64,000 bases of DNA from the NCBI RefSeq assembly GCF_009914755.1, contig NC_060927.1, one strand, 5' to 3'. Below are positions 1 to 16,200 of this stretch, in pieces (position 1 is the first letter of the stretch; every line of letters starts with the position of its first letter). The translations under genes were made by a program, and so were the position numbers. Source of the DNA: the human T2T-CHM13v2.0 reference genome, Homo sapiens. The notes below the pieces were generated by a model. That model did not search any database and was not told where the DNA came from. It saw only the letters and a list, made by a program, of their open reading frames with translations.

Positions 1-399
1 AATAGAAAAGCAGAATATTCACAAGACCTCCCTCTCTTTTCTTAGGCCATTATATTTATATTTCCAGAGCATACTTCACAAGAAATGTAAGTAGGAGTCT
101 TGATGAAAATGTTTTAAAAATCAATTTTTCTAAAGCTAAAAATCATGAAAGTGTTACCTTATATCTATGCTGTTTGAAAGAGATTTCTCCCTTTTTTTGA
201 AAGAAATATTAGTGGAAATCCTCCAGGATCAATTACCTAAGATATTTCTCATCCTTGCTACCACAATAGTCCTTCTGTTTTCAATTTTATGATTATACAG
301 CATTTTTAGTAGTTTTCTCAGTGTATCAGAACTTATGAAAATAAATTTTTTAAAATGTTAAAAGAGGCAAATAGCTCTAAAACAATTGACCATTTATTT

Positions 400-594
400 A
401 TTAAGAAAATATTTATTGAGTGTGTACTGTATCAGGCACTGTTCTAGAGGCTGTGGATATAGCAGTGAACAAAGAAGTCACACTTATACCTCATACATAT
501 GTGTGTATAAATGCACATATATATGGTGTGTGACACATCTATATGTATATACACATTTATATAGACATACATATATACACCTGTATGGTGTGTG

Positions 595-637
<43 letters not shown>

Positions 638-960
638 CATACACATAAAGACAGTGTAAGTATAAACATTCTAGTTGGATGAAGGAGGATGTACGTGAAT
701 GTAAAACAACACTTTAAAAAAGTTAAACATAGAGTATGTTAAATGGATTTAGATGCTATAGAGCCGAAAAACAAACAAACAACAACAACAAAAAACACAG
801 GGAACGGTGATAGGGAGTGTTGAATGTAGGATGGGCCAATGTTAAATGAAGTGACCAGGAAAACCTTATTAAGAAGGTATGATCTAAGTAAAGACTGCAA
901 AAAGGTAAGGAAGGAAGCCAAGCAGATAGCTGAAGGAGAGACTCAGATGCCACACTCCAT
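400..960 (-). mobile_element. L2 LINE 3' fragment, interrupted by TA/TG-rich simple repeats
   Basis: aaatatttattgagtgtgtactgtatcaggcactgttctagaggctgtggatatagcagtgaacaaag resembles the reverse complement of the L2 3' end; L2-like purine-rich sequence resumes near 820. Boundaries approximate. Confidence 0.65.
490..650. repeat. (TG)n microsatellite (pure tract about 598-634) with flanking TA/CA-rich low-complexity sequence
   Basis: Directly visible dinucleotide run. Confidence 0.95.
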
Positions 961-1959
961 CCTTTATTCCATCGGTACACTTAAAAACACACCCGTACAT
1001 GCTATGTTACTTATGGCAGGGAGTTCTGATGGAGGGCATAATAATTTATTTAAAGAGCTAAAGATGTATTTTGAAAGTTTAACTTCTCTTCTCAAACTTA
1101 TAGTCTCCTTCTTTTACTTCTGACCAATTCACTTTTCTTATTTTATCTACATTATTTCTTCTTTATTGCTATTATTTTTTATTTTTATATAATAAATAAA
1201 TTAAAATCTTTCAATGGATCTGTCATAGGATTGGTTCCACTGTGCAATAACCAAGGACTTTATTGCATATTTGTTAGAAAATCATGATTTTCAGCACAAT
1301 TAAAAGTGTTCAAATTGCTCAGGACCCAGAAATAGGTGGTAAGTTTGAACATTAGCTGCTCTTTCTTCCCTGAAGCTAGCTCTGTTTCTTCTCTTAGTAT
1401 TTTTAAAGGAAATATATAGGCATTATTTGAAGTTAGTTATTAGCTTTAGGCAGCTTGTTCAGGCTTACATGCTCCCATGTGGAACCCTTGCAATAGTCAA
1501 CGTGAAACTGACCAAGGTATACCAAATCATTTGCAAAGAGAAGGTCTGATATGGTTTAGCTGCAAACAGACAAAAACAAACAAATAACAACAATAAAAAA
1601 TAAGACTCATGGAATGACTGATTATTTGAATCGGAAGGGACTGAAGGTAATCTCTAATGCTAAAATTTATCCTTGTAGCACAGACAGGTATAGTAAGGCA
1701 AGGCATGAAAGGTGAGTGGTATGCCAAAATTATAGCCAAGAGGAAAATAAAGGTATCGGCAAAGAAGGGGGAAAATGTGGCAAGAGGTTGATGAAAATAG
1801 GCTATTATCATAAAAGGAATGGAAGTTGATGATGTTAATGCAGTATAAAGTAGATTTCATTTAGAAAAAATTGAAAAGGATGGCCTGCTGAAAAAAAAAG
1901 ACAATGCAGTGATGTACAAAACTTTATTATGTTATTATTCTGTGCCATCATCCTAACCT

Positions 1960-2695
1960 CAATGGCACTCCTCTGACCTTTTTGTTCTCAAAGCATGACT
2001 TCTCTACTGTTCCTTCCCTGTGCAAACACCTTTGCCCTCCAGCCAGCTGCCCAAGCAAGAAACAAGAATTATCTTTGACTCTTTCTTTACCTTTACATCC
2101 CACATTTCCATCAATCCTATTCTAGATGAAGCAGCCATCTCCTGGATTTTGAAACATCTCTTTTGATCTTCCTGCTTCCATTTTTGCATGATTCCCTAAC
2201 ACCAATCTATGTTTCATAATGTTGTAAGAGTCACCTTTCTAAAGCCCAAATCAGATCACATTCTACTCATTCTTAAAACTGTCCAACAGCTACCTATGAA
2301 TTTCACAATAGAACCCAAATGTCTAGTGTGGTCACACCAGGCTTTTCTTAAATGTCCTCTTGTTGTCTCCTAAAAATCAACTTTTGCCACTCTCATTACA
2401 TACACTGAACAGTCCATTCCTGTTTAGTTTTCCACTTCCCAGAATGGCCCGATTCCTTGCTTTGACCACCTCCTGTACTCCCTTTCAAAGCTCAGCTCAA
2501 GAATCATCTCTTCCTCAAAGTCTTTTTTGTCATTCTCCAGGCTCGCGAAGTAACTGCTCTACATTGCCCCACATTTTCCACGTATCTGTCTTTAAGAAGA
2601 GGAACTGTGATGTTTCTTTCTTCATCTCCATGCCCCAGAATAGGCCTGGTAAATAGCAGGCAAAAATTAACTTTGTTGAATGAATGAATAAATGC
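1960..2695 (+). mobile_element. L2 LINE fragment with 3' terminus
   Basis: L2-like blocks (ctttctaaagcccaaatcagatcacattc, cccagaataggcctgg) ending in the typical tttgttgaatgaatgaataaatg tail. Confidence 0.75.
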
Positions 2696-3932
2696 ATTCT
2701 AGACAATTGATTGGGCACCTGAATTAGAAAAATAAGATAAGGTGACTACTTTCAAGGAGCTCACAGTTCATCATATTTGGCTGTGAGTGTCTCTAGTAGT
2801 TTATACAATGATTTAAACTCCTTGAGTAAAGGTATTTTTGAGTTATGATTTGAACAACTCTAATACTACATTTGTACCTAAATTTTAAAAAGCTTGTTTA
2901 TTTGTTTATTTCTGAGTTGCACTTGAACTACATTTGATACTATATTACCAAATTTAAACCTTCTGCCCCTCCTTTCAATTACGTGAAAGGAGCAATGACT
3001 TACAGGAACTGTAAATGTATTAAAAATGTCAAAACCACTTTATTTATATAGCAACATAAAAATGTAATTCAGGTACTTTAAAAAAAAATGACACAGACTA
3101 AGCAGAGAAGATGAGCCGGAGGGGATTACTTAGTGATCAAAAACTCAGCTCTGCAATATCTCCAACCTCAGCTTCAAATCCAGCCTGGGTCAAGACAACC
3201 TGTCATTCTCCAGAGACTGAACACTGCCTATCTCATAGTTCACTATGTGTGTGTTTTTGATATTTCTTGAGGACTCCATGTACTTATAAAACCTCATGGA
3301 ATTTTCTTATAAATGATAATGCTGTCCCTAATAAGCTTAGCCAAATTCAGAGAACTCCTTGATATATAACTGTCAGCTTTGGATAATGCCCTTGGGTTGT
3401 TAGCCATTCTATAAAAATCAAATTCAGTTCAGAACTTCAGTTTGCCAGAAAGTTACCTCGTGCCACTTTCTTCCCCACACCCAGTGCTCCATAACAAAAT
3501 CAGTGTCTAATTACTATTAACTGACTTTGCATGAGTAACAATCTGTTTCTTAAACCCAGTGAGAAACAGGTGTTTGACTTTTGAAGTATACAGGGAAATG
3601 ACCTGATAATATTCTCTCTTATAAACTTCTAACTTTTTTGCACCATCCACAAATGACAATACAAACAGAACAGAAGACATCTGCATAGTTTGGAAAATTT
3701 GTGATTGATAAGGCATTATCTTGTCATTTGAAGACATTTGCATGACAAGTATTTGTGATATAAGGAGGTTTCCAGTTATAGAGAAATCGAGTTTGGTCTG
3801 ATAAAAGACTTCAAGATTCCTAATACCATTCCCTTCAGGGCAAGAGGATTAGTGCTGATATTTTTAGAAGACTATCTTATTATATTCTGAATCCAGTATT
3901 AAGAGGGAAAAGAAATTTGGCTCTCAGTATAC

Positions 3933-3975
3933 CAACACATACACGCACACACACACATACACATATACACACATT
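3933..3975. repeat. Imperfect (CA)n/(TACA)n microsatellite
   Basis: Visible in sequence. Confidence 0.8.
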
Positions 3976-4879
3976 TACAGGAATCTGAGTGAGCAGAGAG
4001 AGAGGAGCTGATGAATATGGACAGGGAGGACCATTAGGTTTCAAGGGAACAGAAGCAGAAAAATTAACCAGTCGTTTGACTGACTCACAAGTGATATGAC
4101 AAGTGATGAAGGTGTGTGTTGCAGCCTTGAAGGAGCTTTTAGCCACACGCAAACAAAACCATACTTAACGCTAAGCCAAACATGTGACCTTAGAGGAGAG
4201 ATGGAGAATCTTAAAGGTAGGCAATATCAATGGGAAAAATTGAATTTCAGGCCATAAGAGTGCTTGGAATCCATCTGACAGAGTTTTCCTGCGGCTTTTT
4301 AAAGAAATAACAAAGCAAGGAACTCTTTGGAAAATCACAACCATCTAAAACAAAAGATATTCACATTGTTTCCTCAAGTACTCTAACTGATTTCTGAAGA
4401 AGATTTTGAATAATAGTAATCTGAGTGTCACTTGCCATGTTATGAAGACTGAAGAGACGGTGTAGAAATAGAAACTTTTACTCACTATGGTCTTTATTTA
4501 GGTGGGAGACAGCTGAGTCAAATCACACTGCTGTCCTTGGGCACATAACACATGAAATCAAGCTAACGCTCATCTTGGGTAGAAACTTTTGAGAAAAAGC
4601 ATAAGGGCAATGTGGAGTTCAGGAAGCATGGTAGAAAACCTTGAATTGGGGATGGATTGAGAAGGACTGTACTCATGAGTGCAGGCATGTACACATGTTC
4701 TCTGGACAAATCCATGAGCCTGTGTACTTGCCTGTGACCCTCACGTTGTGGTTTTGTTTTATAAGAATTTTATTTAGTATCAGCCATCTTCTCCCTGCTA
4801 GTTTAGTTTCCATCTTCCTATCGATGTAATAATAGGCATGGCTGGTATTTGTAACATCCAAGAAATTGCTTGATTTGCA

Positions 4880-6078
4880 TATAGTAGGCAGATAAATGGC
4901 CTGCCAGAAATATCCACATTCTATTTCCTGGAATTTGTGAATATGTTACTTTACATGACCACAGGGATCTTGCAGGTGTAATTAATTAAGAATGGGGAGA
5001 TTATTCTAGGTTATCTTGAATTACATTGGTGGGCCCAGTGTAATCACAGGGGTCCTTAAATGATGGAAGAGAGAGGTAGAAGAGTCAGAAAAGGAGATGT
5101 GACAACAAAGGTAGAAGGTCAGAGTGATGTGGGGCTGAAACAAGAGAATTCCATGACTCTCCTCGCAGGACGTGACAGGGGTGTGGCTTGCCTGTTAGGC
5201 ATGCTCAAATCCCTTATGGGAAGGGGAGCATGCAGGCAGGCAGGTGCAGGAGCTGGGCGAGTGCCCCTGGGTTCTGGCCCCACGGCAATGTCCAGGAGTG
5301 GATGTCTGCCACTTCAAAGCTCAAGTGGGCATTATGTTACAGTGTGCTCTTTTAGCCTTGCTGTCCGTGGACAGCTTAAGCGTTAATCAGCTCAGTGCCC
5401 TCTTGGTACTTGGACCCTTGTTTGGCATCTAGGAAGAATCAGGTCACACACAGACTTGCAGGATGGTAAATGCAGGGGTTTTATTGAGTGGTGGAGGTGG
5501 CCCTTAGCGGGATGGATGAGGATGGAGTGGGAAGATGATCTTCCCCTGGAGTGTGGCCATCCAGTGGCAGCTCTCCTCTCCAACCGCCCCCAGCTGAACT
5601 CCTCTGGGCATTCAGATGCTCCTTCTCTTCTCTCTGCTGCACCGTTCTGACATTCTTTTGCTCTTCTGTTCATCTTCTCATCAGCCTTCTGGAGCCTGGG
5701 GTCTGAGGTTTATATGGGTACAGGACAGGGGAGTGTGGCAGGCCAAGAGGCAACTTTTGGGTGCAAAAACAGGAATGCCTGTTTCTATTAGATTGTGGGT
5801 TTCCAGTCTTGAGGGTGGGGACTTTGCTGGGGAATCACCCTCTTCTACCCAGTATTTCCCTGTCTCCTGTCCACATCAGGGCCACAGGCCAATGAAAGTA
5901 GGCAGCCACTAGAAGCTGCAAAAGGCAAGGCAACAGATTCTCCTCCCTACCCTCCATACAGAGGGTACTGCTGACCAGTTTCAGGCTTCTGGCCTAGCAT
6001 GTAAAATTATAATTTTATATTGTTTGAAGCTACAGAGATTGTGGCAGTTTGTTAAAGCAGCAATAGAAAACTAATACA
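4880..6078 (+). mobile_element. MLT1D-like MaLR solo LTR, split by an ERV1 LTR at 5136-5878
   Basis: Start tatagtaggcagataaatggcc, internal gtgaatatgttactttacatg and gggcccagtgtaatcacagg, end gcagcaatagaaaactaataca; the two halves rejoin across the insertion. Confidence 0.85.
5136..5878 (-). mobile_element. MER50-like (MER50/MER52 group) ERV1 solo LTR
   Basis: TG...CA termini; the reverse strand starts tgatgtggacaggagacagggaaatactgggtagaagaggg; 743 bp; 4-bp TSD gggc at 5132-5135 and 5879-5882. Confidence 0.8.
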
Positions 6079-6149
6079 CTGGGTGAGCCTCTTCTCAGAT
6101 ATTCTTCCACAAGAGTATCACACTTTGACCATTCATTTTCTTAGCTCTC

Positions 6150-6365
6150 ATTTGTTCATTCATTCTCATTTTCCTTGTGTTGAGCACTGACTGTATTCTA
6201 CTCACTCTTCAAGGAGCTGAAGAGATGAATATTTGGATCCCCTCTTTGAGGAGCTTACAATTGAATGGGAGTAGATATAATATTGTAGGAATAAGTATAG
6301 AAGTATGCCCAGTCTATGGAATGGGATGCAAGAGAGAGGAAGTTCAGTCATGCTTAGGAAGATGA
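6150..6365 (-). mobile_element. L2 fragment (left part, interrupted by L1PA)
   Basis: tttgttcattcattc...ttgagcactgactgt...gaggagcttacaatt resembles the reverse L2 3' end. Confidence 0.55.
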
Positions 6366-6369
6366 TTAT

Positions 6370-8434
<2,065 letters not shown>

Positions 8435-8439
8435 GAAAC

Positions 8440-9000
8440 CCTCTTAAATAAAAATTTGAAAGGTACTTTGTTGGTTATCAAGTGGAGAAAATAAGAGAAA
8501 GAAGGGCATTATAGGGGAGGAATATGTGAAAAATTCCAGATGCTGAAACAGCTGGATATGTTCTGGTGGAATTATAGGATATAAGTATCTATGCTGATGG
8601 AGACAAAACTGGAGGCCCAGATCAAGAATATAGGGTCTGGACATTTTCTCATGACTGATGGAGAAAATAAGAATAGTATAAGTTTTAGATCTATGTTTTA
8701 AGAAACTGGGTTGGTGGAAAGTCATTCAGGAAGATGAGTCAAAATGTAAAAGGGTATTGCAATAGTCTAAGCTAAAGGTAATGCCAAGCCAATCTAAAGC
8801 AGCAGCATAAGAGATAAAGATACTGAATCAAGAAATATTACGAAGATAGAATCCACTGGATTTGATGATTGACTGGATGTAATGGGAGGTGAAAGGGAGG
8901 AGTTTAGGATGAAATCTGAATTTAAGGCTTAGGTGCTACTCTCTAGAAGAGAGGTGGAAGGAGGAGAACCAGTTTGGTGAATACAGATAATGGTTTAATT
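8440..9000 (-). mobile_element. L2 fragment (right part)
   Basis: agatagaatccactggatttgatgattgactggatgt...ggagtttaggatga is characteristic reverse-strand L2. Confidence 0.65.
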
Positions 9001-10619
9001 CATATATGCTATTCTGTTTTACATCTTCTTTGAGATTCTCTCTAACTGTATTATGTAATAATATATACATTGTATAGAGAGGAAAAACCATATGTTCTAT
9101 AGCTTTAGCATTTCCTTTGCCTATGATAATGCTAAGCACATGAAAATTCTTGTTGAATTGAAAAGAATGCTGTGCTCAGCAAGAAAGATATGTGTTTTGA
9201 TTCCAATTCAGATGTGGTGCTCAGGGTTTAAAATTACCCTGAAGGTCAATCAACATAGCTCTAGTCAAAGGCATATCTCTTAGAAATGGATTAAAGAAAC
9301 ACTGATGTTAGAATTTTTCTTCTAGCATGATGCATTATCTTCAATATTAGGGAAAAGAAACAGCTCCCTTTGTATTGTGTTTCTTTGATTTTAGGTATAA
9401 CAGTTAAACAGGGTGGAATTTCAAAATCTTTATTGATAATCTCAGAAATAGAACAAGTATTTTTGAGCACCTACTGTGTTCATGGAGTTTCTCTGCTGCA
9501 GAGATAGAAGTATTATTTTTTATTCTATTAAGAACTGATTCAAATTTCTGCAAGGTTGATCAAATCCTCAGCTGTAGAATTAATGACTAAAAGTTACAAA
9601 CACTGAATTAGGGACACCACAGCTAATTTAGTCACAGTGGTAGACATGACAGAATGAAAGAAGTTTTAATTCCCCCCGAGTTGAATCTACTCAGCCAAAA
9701 TGAATTTTTGTTTTGATTTTAATCATACGCTATCCCAATGCACCAGTTAATATACTTCATTTTGGGTCTGTAGTTAACCATAGAGGAAAAAACATACTGA
9801 GTTTTTCCCATTTTAATATCAAACTGGAGTAAGATCTTCAGCAAACAAGTCCCTGTAACTGCATACTACAAGTAATATACTAGAAAGAACTCCACACCAC
9901 AGCGACTCCCTCAGAGGCCAAAGCAGGTTTGAGTCTCAATTATATGGTAATATGCAGAACAAACTTGGTACTATGGCACTTGAGGAGAACAGCTGATGAG
10001 TATTTTCCAGATGGCTTCATGGTGTTTTCTCAGCATAAAGCCATAACAAACAATAGGTCATGTAATGGGGGTTCATTATTAGCCCATAGTAATTGGCAAA
10101 GAAAGTGATGATATTTCCTGGTGAAGAATGTATCAGCAAATATTATTTCAAAGGTTTAATCTTGTGACCAGAGTCAGTAATTGCTTCACTATTCCTTGGG
10201 CCTGAACTTAGAGTAAATGATTTATTGTTCTGACAACATAGAACGAATATTAGCATTTTGAAAAACATTGAGACCTATTAATCCTAGCGTGAGCTACTCT
10301 TAAACCCAAGGAAATGAAGAAATATTGATCTAATTTCTGTCTTTCAAAGATAAAATTATATATTAACCACAGAGCGCCCAGCAGCATGCCCAACCAGCAT
10401 CCCCAGAGACAGTTAGCCTGACATCAGAATTGTGTTTTGCTAGCTAAATACAGATTCCCTCTACAGTATTATGCAATTTATTACAAGCAGACGGGCTTGA
10501 TCCAGTAGCTGAGAAGTCAGCTGAGTCCTCCTTAAGAACTTGCTGAAATAAAGGGAAAGGGGAAGGCAAAGGGTCCAAAGACAGAAAAGGCAGAAACAGT
10601 CAGAAATAAAGAGTTAGTA

Positions 10620-10780
10620 CCAATGTCTTTAGCAGCACCTCAGAGATAGTCATGGGGGAATCTTGTCAAATGCGGATTCTGACTCAGTAGATCTGAGGTG
10701 GGGATGAAGGGTCTGAATTTCTGACAAGCTCCCAGGAAATGCTGTTTATCCCAAAAAACAATAGTGTCAAGAATACTAAG
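10620..10780. mobile_element. MER5-like hAT-Charlie DNA transposon remnant
   Basis: gaatcttgtcaaatgcggattctgactcagtagatctgaggtgggg...tctgaatttctgacaagctcccagg. Confidence 0.75.
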
Positions 10781-11969
10781 AGCACCAAGAGTGTCCTTTT
10801 TCTTTGTTTAAGGATGCTTTTGCTCCCAAAAGGATACATTGTATATGTGCTCTGGTTTTCTTTCATATTCTCTTTATAGGATGTAGTTTTGTTTCTCTCT
10901 AATGTTATTTCATTTGTACTGTTTTCAGGTCGCATAACATGTCTGCTACATTACATACTGACCTGGTTTTTTGGAGAAATAATACACTCTCTGCCCTGAA
11001 AGCATCCCTTCCTTTATCACTACTTCCCATGTAGACTGTGAAGCAGGCATTCAGTTTTTTTTTTTTTTTTTTGCCACCATCGCTTTCAAAAGCCACCTTG
11101 CATGATAACCTGTAGTAAGGTTTCCTACTTATCCTTGAAAGAGAAAAAAGAAAACAACAGAATTTTGAAAAATTCAAGCCAGTGAAGAGAAAAATATCCC
11201 TAAATCTCCAGATTGCCAGTCTCTGAGGAAGAGAACTGTAATTATTAAAAATAATTTAAAAACTTTTGAAAAACACCTTTCATCCTTCAGTTCTCTCATA
11301 TGAAAGACTTCATGGAACCAGAAGGTCTACCGTGGGTGGGATATTCAAGTCTGTCACTGCTGCTGTCTAAATATTTCTTCTGCCGAGGAAGAAACATTTC
11401 CTGTAAATCTTATGTATAAAAGCCAGACTCTCTTGCCAGTGAGGAAGATAGGGAAAAAAAATAGGGAGTAGGTTAAGGATAAAGAAGAGAAGTACTTTAA
11501 CACCTGTTTCCTCCTTAAAGAGGTACTCCTCCTACTGGAAAAAAAAAATAATAAGCCAGCCGCTAGCTCTTTACTTTTTCTTTAAACCATCTCTGCCAGA
11601 TTAAAAAAAAATAGAAGTTAAAAAACGGAATTAAAAACATCATATTGCACAGAAGGCTAGACTAGTATAACACAATGGCACTTAGCCTACCCAGATTTGT
11701 AAAGTGGTATTCCAAACATTTGACTATAATTTCAAAAATCTTATTTACTCTTGGGTAAATATTGCTGAAGCTGACATGGGTAGTCCACATTTACAAAATA
11801 GAGAGTGTAGTATGCATTCCAAAGGGCACCAGTCATCATTGAATTTGGCAAGGGCAACACTGGCAGAAGTGATTTGGTCACTATCTGCTTCATGGTTACA
11901 TCTGTGAAATGGCAATACTAGCAGGAGAAACACACATAGTTCTCATACAGGAATTAAGAGGATGAGATT

Positions 11970-12336
11970 TGTCTTAGTCCCTTTTGTGCTGCTATAACAG
12001 AATATCGGAGACTGGGTAATTCATAAAGAAGAGAGATTTATTTCTTACAGTTCTGGAGGCTGGGAAGTCCAAGATTAAGGGGTTTGCATTTGTCAAGTGC
12101 CTTTTCGCTGGGTCATCCCATGATGGAAGGCAGAAGGACAGGAGAGAAACAGGTAAGAGGGGGCTGACCTCATCCTTTTATAAAAAGCTCACCCCGAGAT
12201 AATGACATTAATCCATTAATGAGGGCAGAGACCTCATAGCCTAATTGGCTTTCATTAGGTCCCTCCTCCCAACACTGCTGTATTGGGGATTAAATTTCCA
12301 ACACATGCATTTTAAGGGCACATTCAAACCATAGCA
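11970..12336 (-). mobile_element. MST (MSTC/MSTD-like) MaLR solo LTR
   Basis: Starts tgtcttagtcccttttgtgctgctataacagaata and ends cacattcaaaccatagca; 367 bp. Confidence 0.88.
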
Positions 12337-12789
12337 GGGTTATTAACAACAAGAACTATCACCATCATCATTACAATTACCACCTAGCCATCTTTTTAGA
12401 CACATAAGAAGATATGAAATTTGTTGAATAGAATAATTTTTAATTCAGTCAATCAATAAAAATATTTATTAAATATGCGTGGTTCAAATACGGAGTCAAG
12501 TACTAAAAGAGAAATACAAGCATTGGGTAAGATAGAATCTCCATCGCATTAGACTGAATAAACTAACTGTGTTAAACTGAATAAACCTAATATATATGAG
12601 ATGATTTATAAAGTAATTTTAGAATAATTCTCCACAGTATATAATTAAATAATAAATTACACAGAGTTGGTGTAAGTACTAAAATAAATCATCAAAGGCA
12701 AAGATCAATATAGGCAAGATAGAAAGACAGTACAGTTTTGTGCAAAGGGCATAATATCAGGAATCATAATGCCTAATAGTTCCATGTAA

Positions 12790-12910
12790 TTGGGGCCTGG
12801 GCTTGGTTTTCTCATCTGCAAATTGGGAATTACAGTAATATGTGTCTTTTGGAATTATTTCAAGAGTCAGATAAAATGTGAACATAAAAAAAATCTTACC
12901 CTGTAAAGCA
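12790..12910 (+). mobile_element. MIR fragment
   Basis: Core gttttctcatctgcaaattgggaattacagta. Confidence 0.55.
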
Positions 12911-13710
12911 ATACGCAATTTCTATTTTATTAGTATTATTCATTAGCAAAATCATATAAAATGAGGGAGATTTATACTGAAAGGAGTATTAAATAGAGAA
13001 GAGGGAGGCCAGTTATCCAGGAAAGAGAAACAGTATAAGAAAAAGCAGATGGAGAAATGAGCATTGGATACCAGAAAGACAAAGACCTGAGGTGAGGAAG
13101 GGCAATCAAACCACAGATTGTTGATATTTTTTAAAGAAATAAACGTAATACATTTTATTTAAGTGAAAGAATGCCAGTAATATGCATGAATGCAACAGCA
13201 GTCCTCTCAAAACTCAGTGACCCCTTTGCTGTGTTTCTGCTTTCATGTTATTGGACAATCTCTTCACACATCCTTGATTCTCAGTCTTCCAGAAGCTGAC
13301 AGAAAGCAAAATAAAATAAAAGAAGGCAAGAGAAAAGAAAACTGGTGGAAAATAAAAAGTGCTAAGTATGACTCTTAGTACTTTGATACAAAAGAAAACA
13401 GAGGAGGGGGACTGGGGAAGAAGAGATGAGAAAACGTATTAAATCCTCACCTTGCCTCAGGTATGGGGTTTCTGCACATTAGTAGGCTTTCTCCCAAGCC
13501 AGAGAATATACTTTACCTCATGGCCACAAGTGAGGTGGGCTGGATAATAAGGATATTAGGAAATAGCAATTATATTGCAGATGTAAAAGGAACAAAGTCA
13601 AAAGAGGGAATGAGAGAAAATACAGGAATGAAGAACAAAATAAGGGAGTAGCGAAATCCAGGGAAAGAGAAAAGAAAAGGCAACAGAAAATGGTTTATCT
13701 CTAGAATTAA

Positions 13711-14057
<347 letters not shown>

Positions 14058-14789
14058 TAAAGAAGAACCTGCTTTCCAAGGATCTGAGTAGATTATAAAA
14101 CATGCAAGGCTGGTTTGTGAAGTAAGAATAATAGGATGCAATTTATTAAACTCCTACTACTATTTGCCAGGCATTCTACTGGGGCTTTACATTCTTTAAA
14201 TCCGTAAATGTTTGTTACTGTCATCTACAAGATGTGGGCTTCTCCAAATGCTTGAATTCCCTGAAATTACCTCCTTCTTCTCCCCTACCAAAACTCACTT
14301 CACTTCTGCTACAAGCTGAAAACAACTGAAAGTTAATTGCTACTGTTACAATAAGTATAATGTCACAGTTTTCAAAAATAATTTACCCTGGGTTAGCAAA
14401 CAGCTAGCTGAGAAGAGGTAAGATTACTGATGAAAGGGAGGGGAGGACAGAGACAGAAGATGCTGGGGGAACAGGCAGCCTTCTATTAATTTAGGAGCCA
14501 GTGTTCTGAAAAAAGAGATGCATAACTGCAGGTACTGTTTCCTGTTCCTGTTTTCTCTTCCATCACTTGCCTGGGGCAATGACAAGCATGTAGGGGGGTA
14601 TTCTAGAATTAATAGCAAATATATTTCTCTCAGGAGGGGATAGAACCCTAATTTTGTGACAATTCAGTATATTTCCAGTATTATTATAAAAGAGTGGACA
14701 ATCAGGTAGTTTTAAAGACTTATTTAAATACACTCACACACACATATACATTTGAGGAATCGCCTTTGCTGAGCTACATGGTATTACAG

Positions 14790-14900
14790 GTAGCCTAGTC
14801 TGAACTCATCCCATTTTACAGGTGAGGAAACAGAGGCCCAGAGAAATCAAGTGACTTGTTCAACCCATGCCATGCAACCAGTTATTAGCAGGTCTGAAAT
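14790..14900 (-). mobile_element. MIR fragment
   Basis: cccattttacaggtgaggaaacagaggcccagagaaatcaagtgacttg. Confidence 0.8.
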
Positions 14901-15949
14901 GGATGTATTTTTCATTAACCCATGATCCTATAATAGGGAGAAGTCACTACTCCAATAGCTGTACATAACACCAAAGAAAGTATACTTTGGATTGAAATGA
15001 AACAAAGCTCAGACAAACACTGTCACACACATATGACAATGGCTAGTGGGATATGATGAATCTCACTTATGATGAAGTGGAAAAACATAGGCTTCCTAAT
15101 CAGAGGTAACATAAACATAATTCAAAACTATACTTAAATTGTGTGGGGTTTTTTTTGCCAATGTTCTATTATTTATATTTCATGTTATTGGATTATATGT
15201 CATAAGAATTAATGAAAACACCTATAAGGGGCCTAGTAGAGTGTTTACTTTCATTCCTTACTTCAATTGTCAAGAGTTCCCTTTAGGGCAAAAAAATAAG
15301 CGACTCTGTTGTTAGTCTTCCTGAATGCTTTCAAGATCTCCTCACAGCAGCCTAATTCTGTTTAATTTCTCTTTTCTCTTTCAGAGATGATGATCAAAAG
15401 AAGACATGAGAATTTTTTCTTGATTAATCACCCATGTCCACCCCTAATCCTAGTGTATAAAAATGTAGAGGAATGGGAATCTTACTCTGCCTTACAAATT
15501 TTTGGCGGAAACAAAGACAAAGTAAAATGTCTGTGATTTTGCTCTAAGAGCCATAGAAAAATTCTGAAATACAAGTACTGCAGGAGTTGCTCTACATTTG
15601 ACAAAGAATAGATTGTGCATGTTGTCATGGGAAAGCGTATGACTGGAGGCGCTTGTGCATTTGTCCTTGTTTTACATAACCTACCTCATTCACGCATGGC
15701 ACAAAGATAAAAAAATTGGATCTTGGTTGGTTATTTAAAATTCACAAAGTCCTATTCTTGGCCATTTATATGCTTTATTTTCTCAATCTATACTGAAACT
15801 TAGGAGTAAAGATTCTCCTGATTTTAGGGTGTGGTTTCGGAAAAAAATCAGAGAGAAAATGAACAATGAAAAGTATTGAACATGCCCTCTGTGTAAGAAA
15901 CCATTGCAGATGATTCTTTCAATCCTTGCAACTACCTTGCCTCCTATAA

Positions 15950-16200
15950 GGTAGAGCATTTGTTTTCTGGCTCTCCACTAGCACCAAGAACAACGTCTGG
16001 CACATAGTAGGGGTTTAATATGCACTTCTTCAATGAAGAAGTGAACAGTCCACAAGCTGAGTAGCATTATCTTCACTACACTGATAAGGAAGCCGAGGTT
16101 CAGAAAGATTAAATTTCCTAGTCATAGTCTTAAAATTAAATACTAGGTAGAGACAGGTCATAAATCAGAGTTGTTGACCTTCACTACCAGGCCTCTGTTC
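15950..16200. mobile_element. L2 3' end (+) adjoining a MIR (-) fragment
   Basis: tctggcacatagtaggggtttaata (L2 end) and gataaggaagccgaggttcagaaagattaaa (MIR core). Confidence 0.6.

Noticed and set aside
386-682. Overlapping ORFs rich in CV/HT repeats
   Set aside because: Translations of the (TG)n microsatellite.
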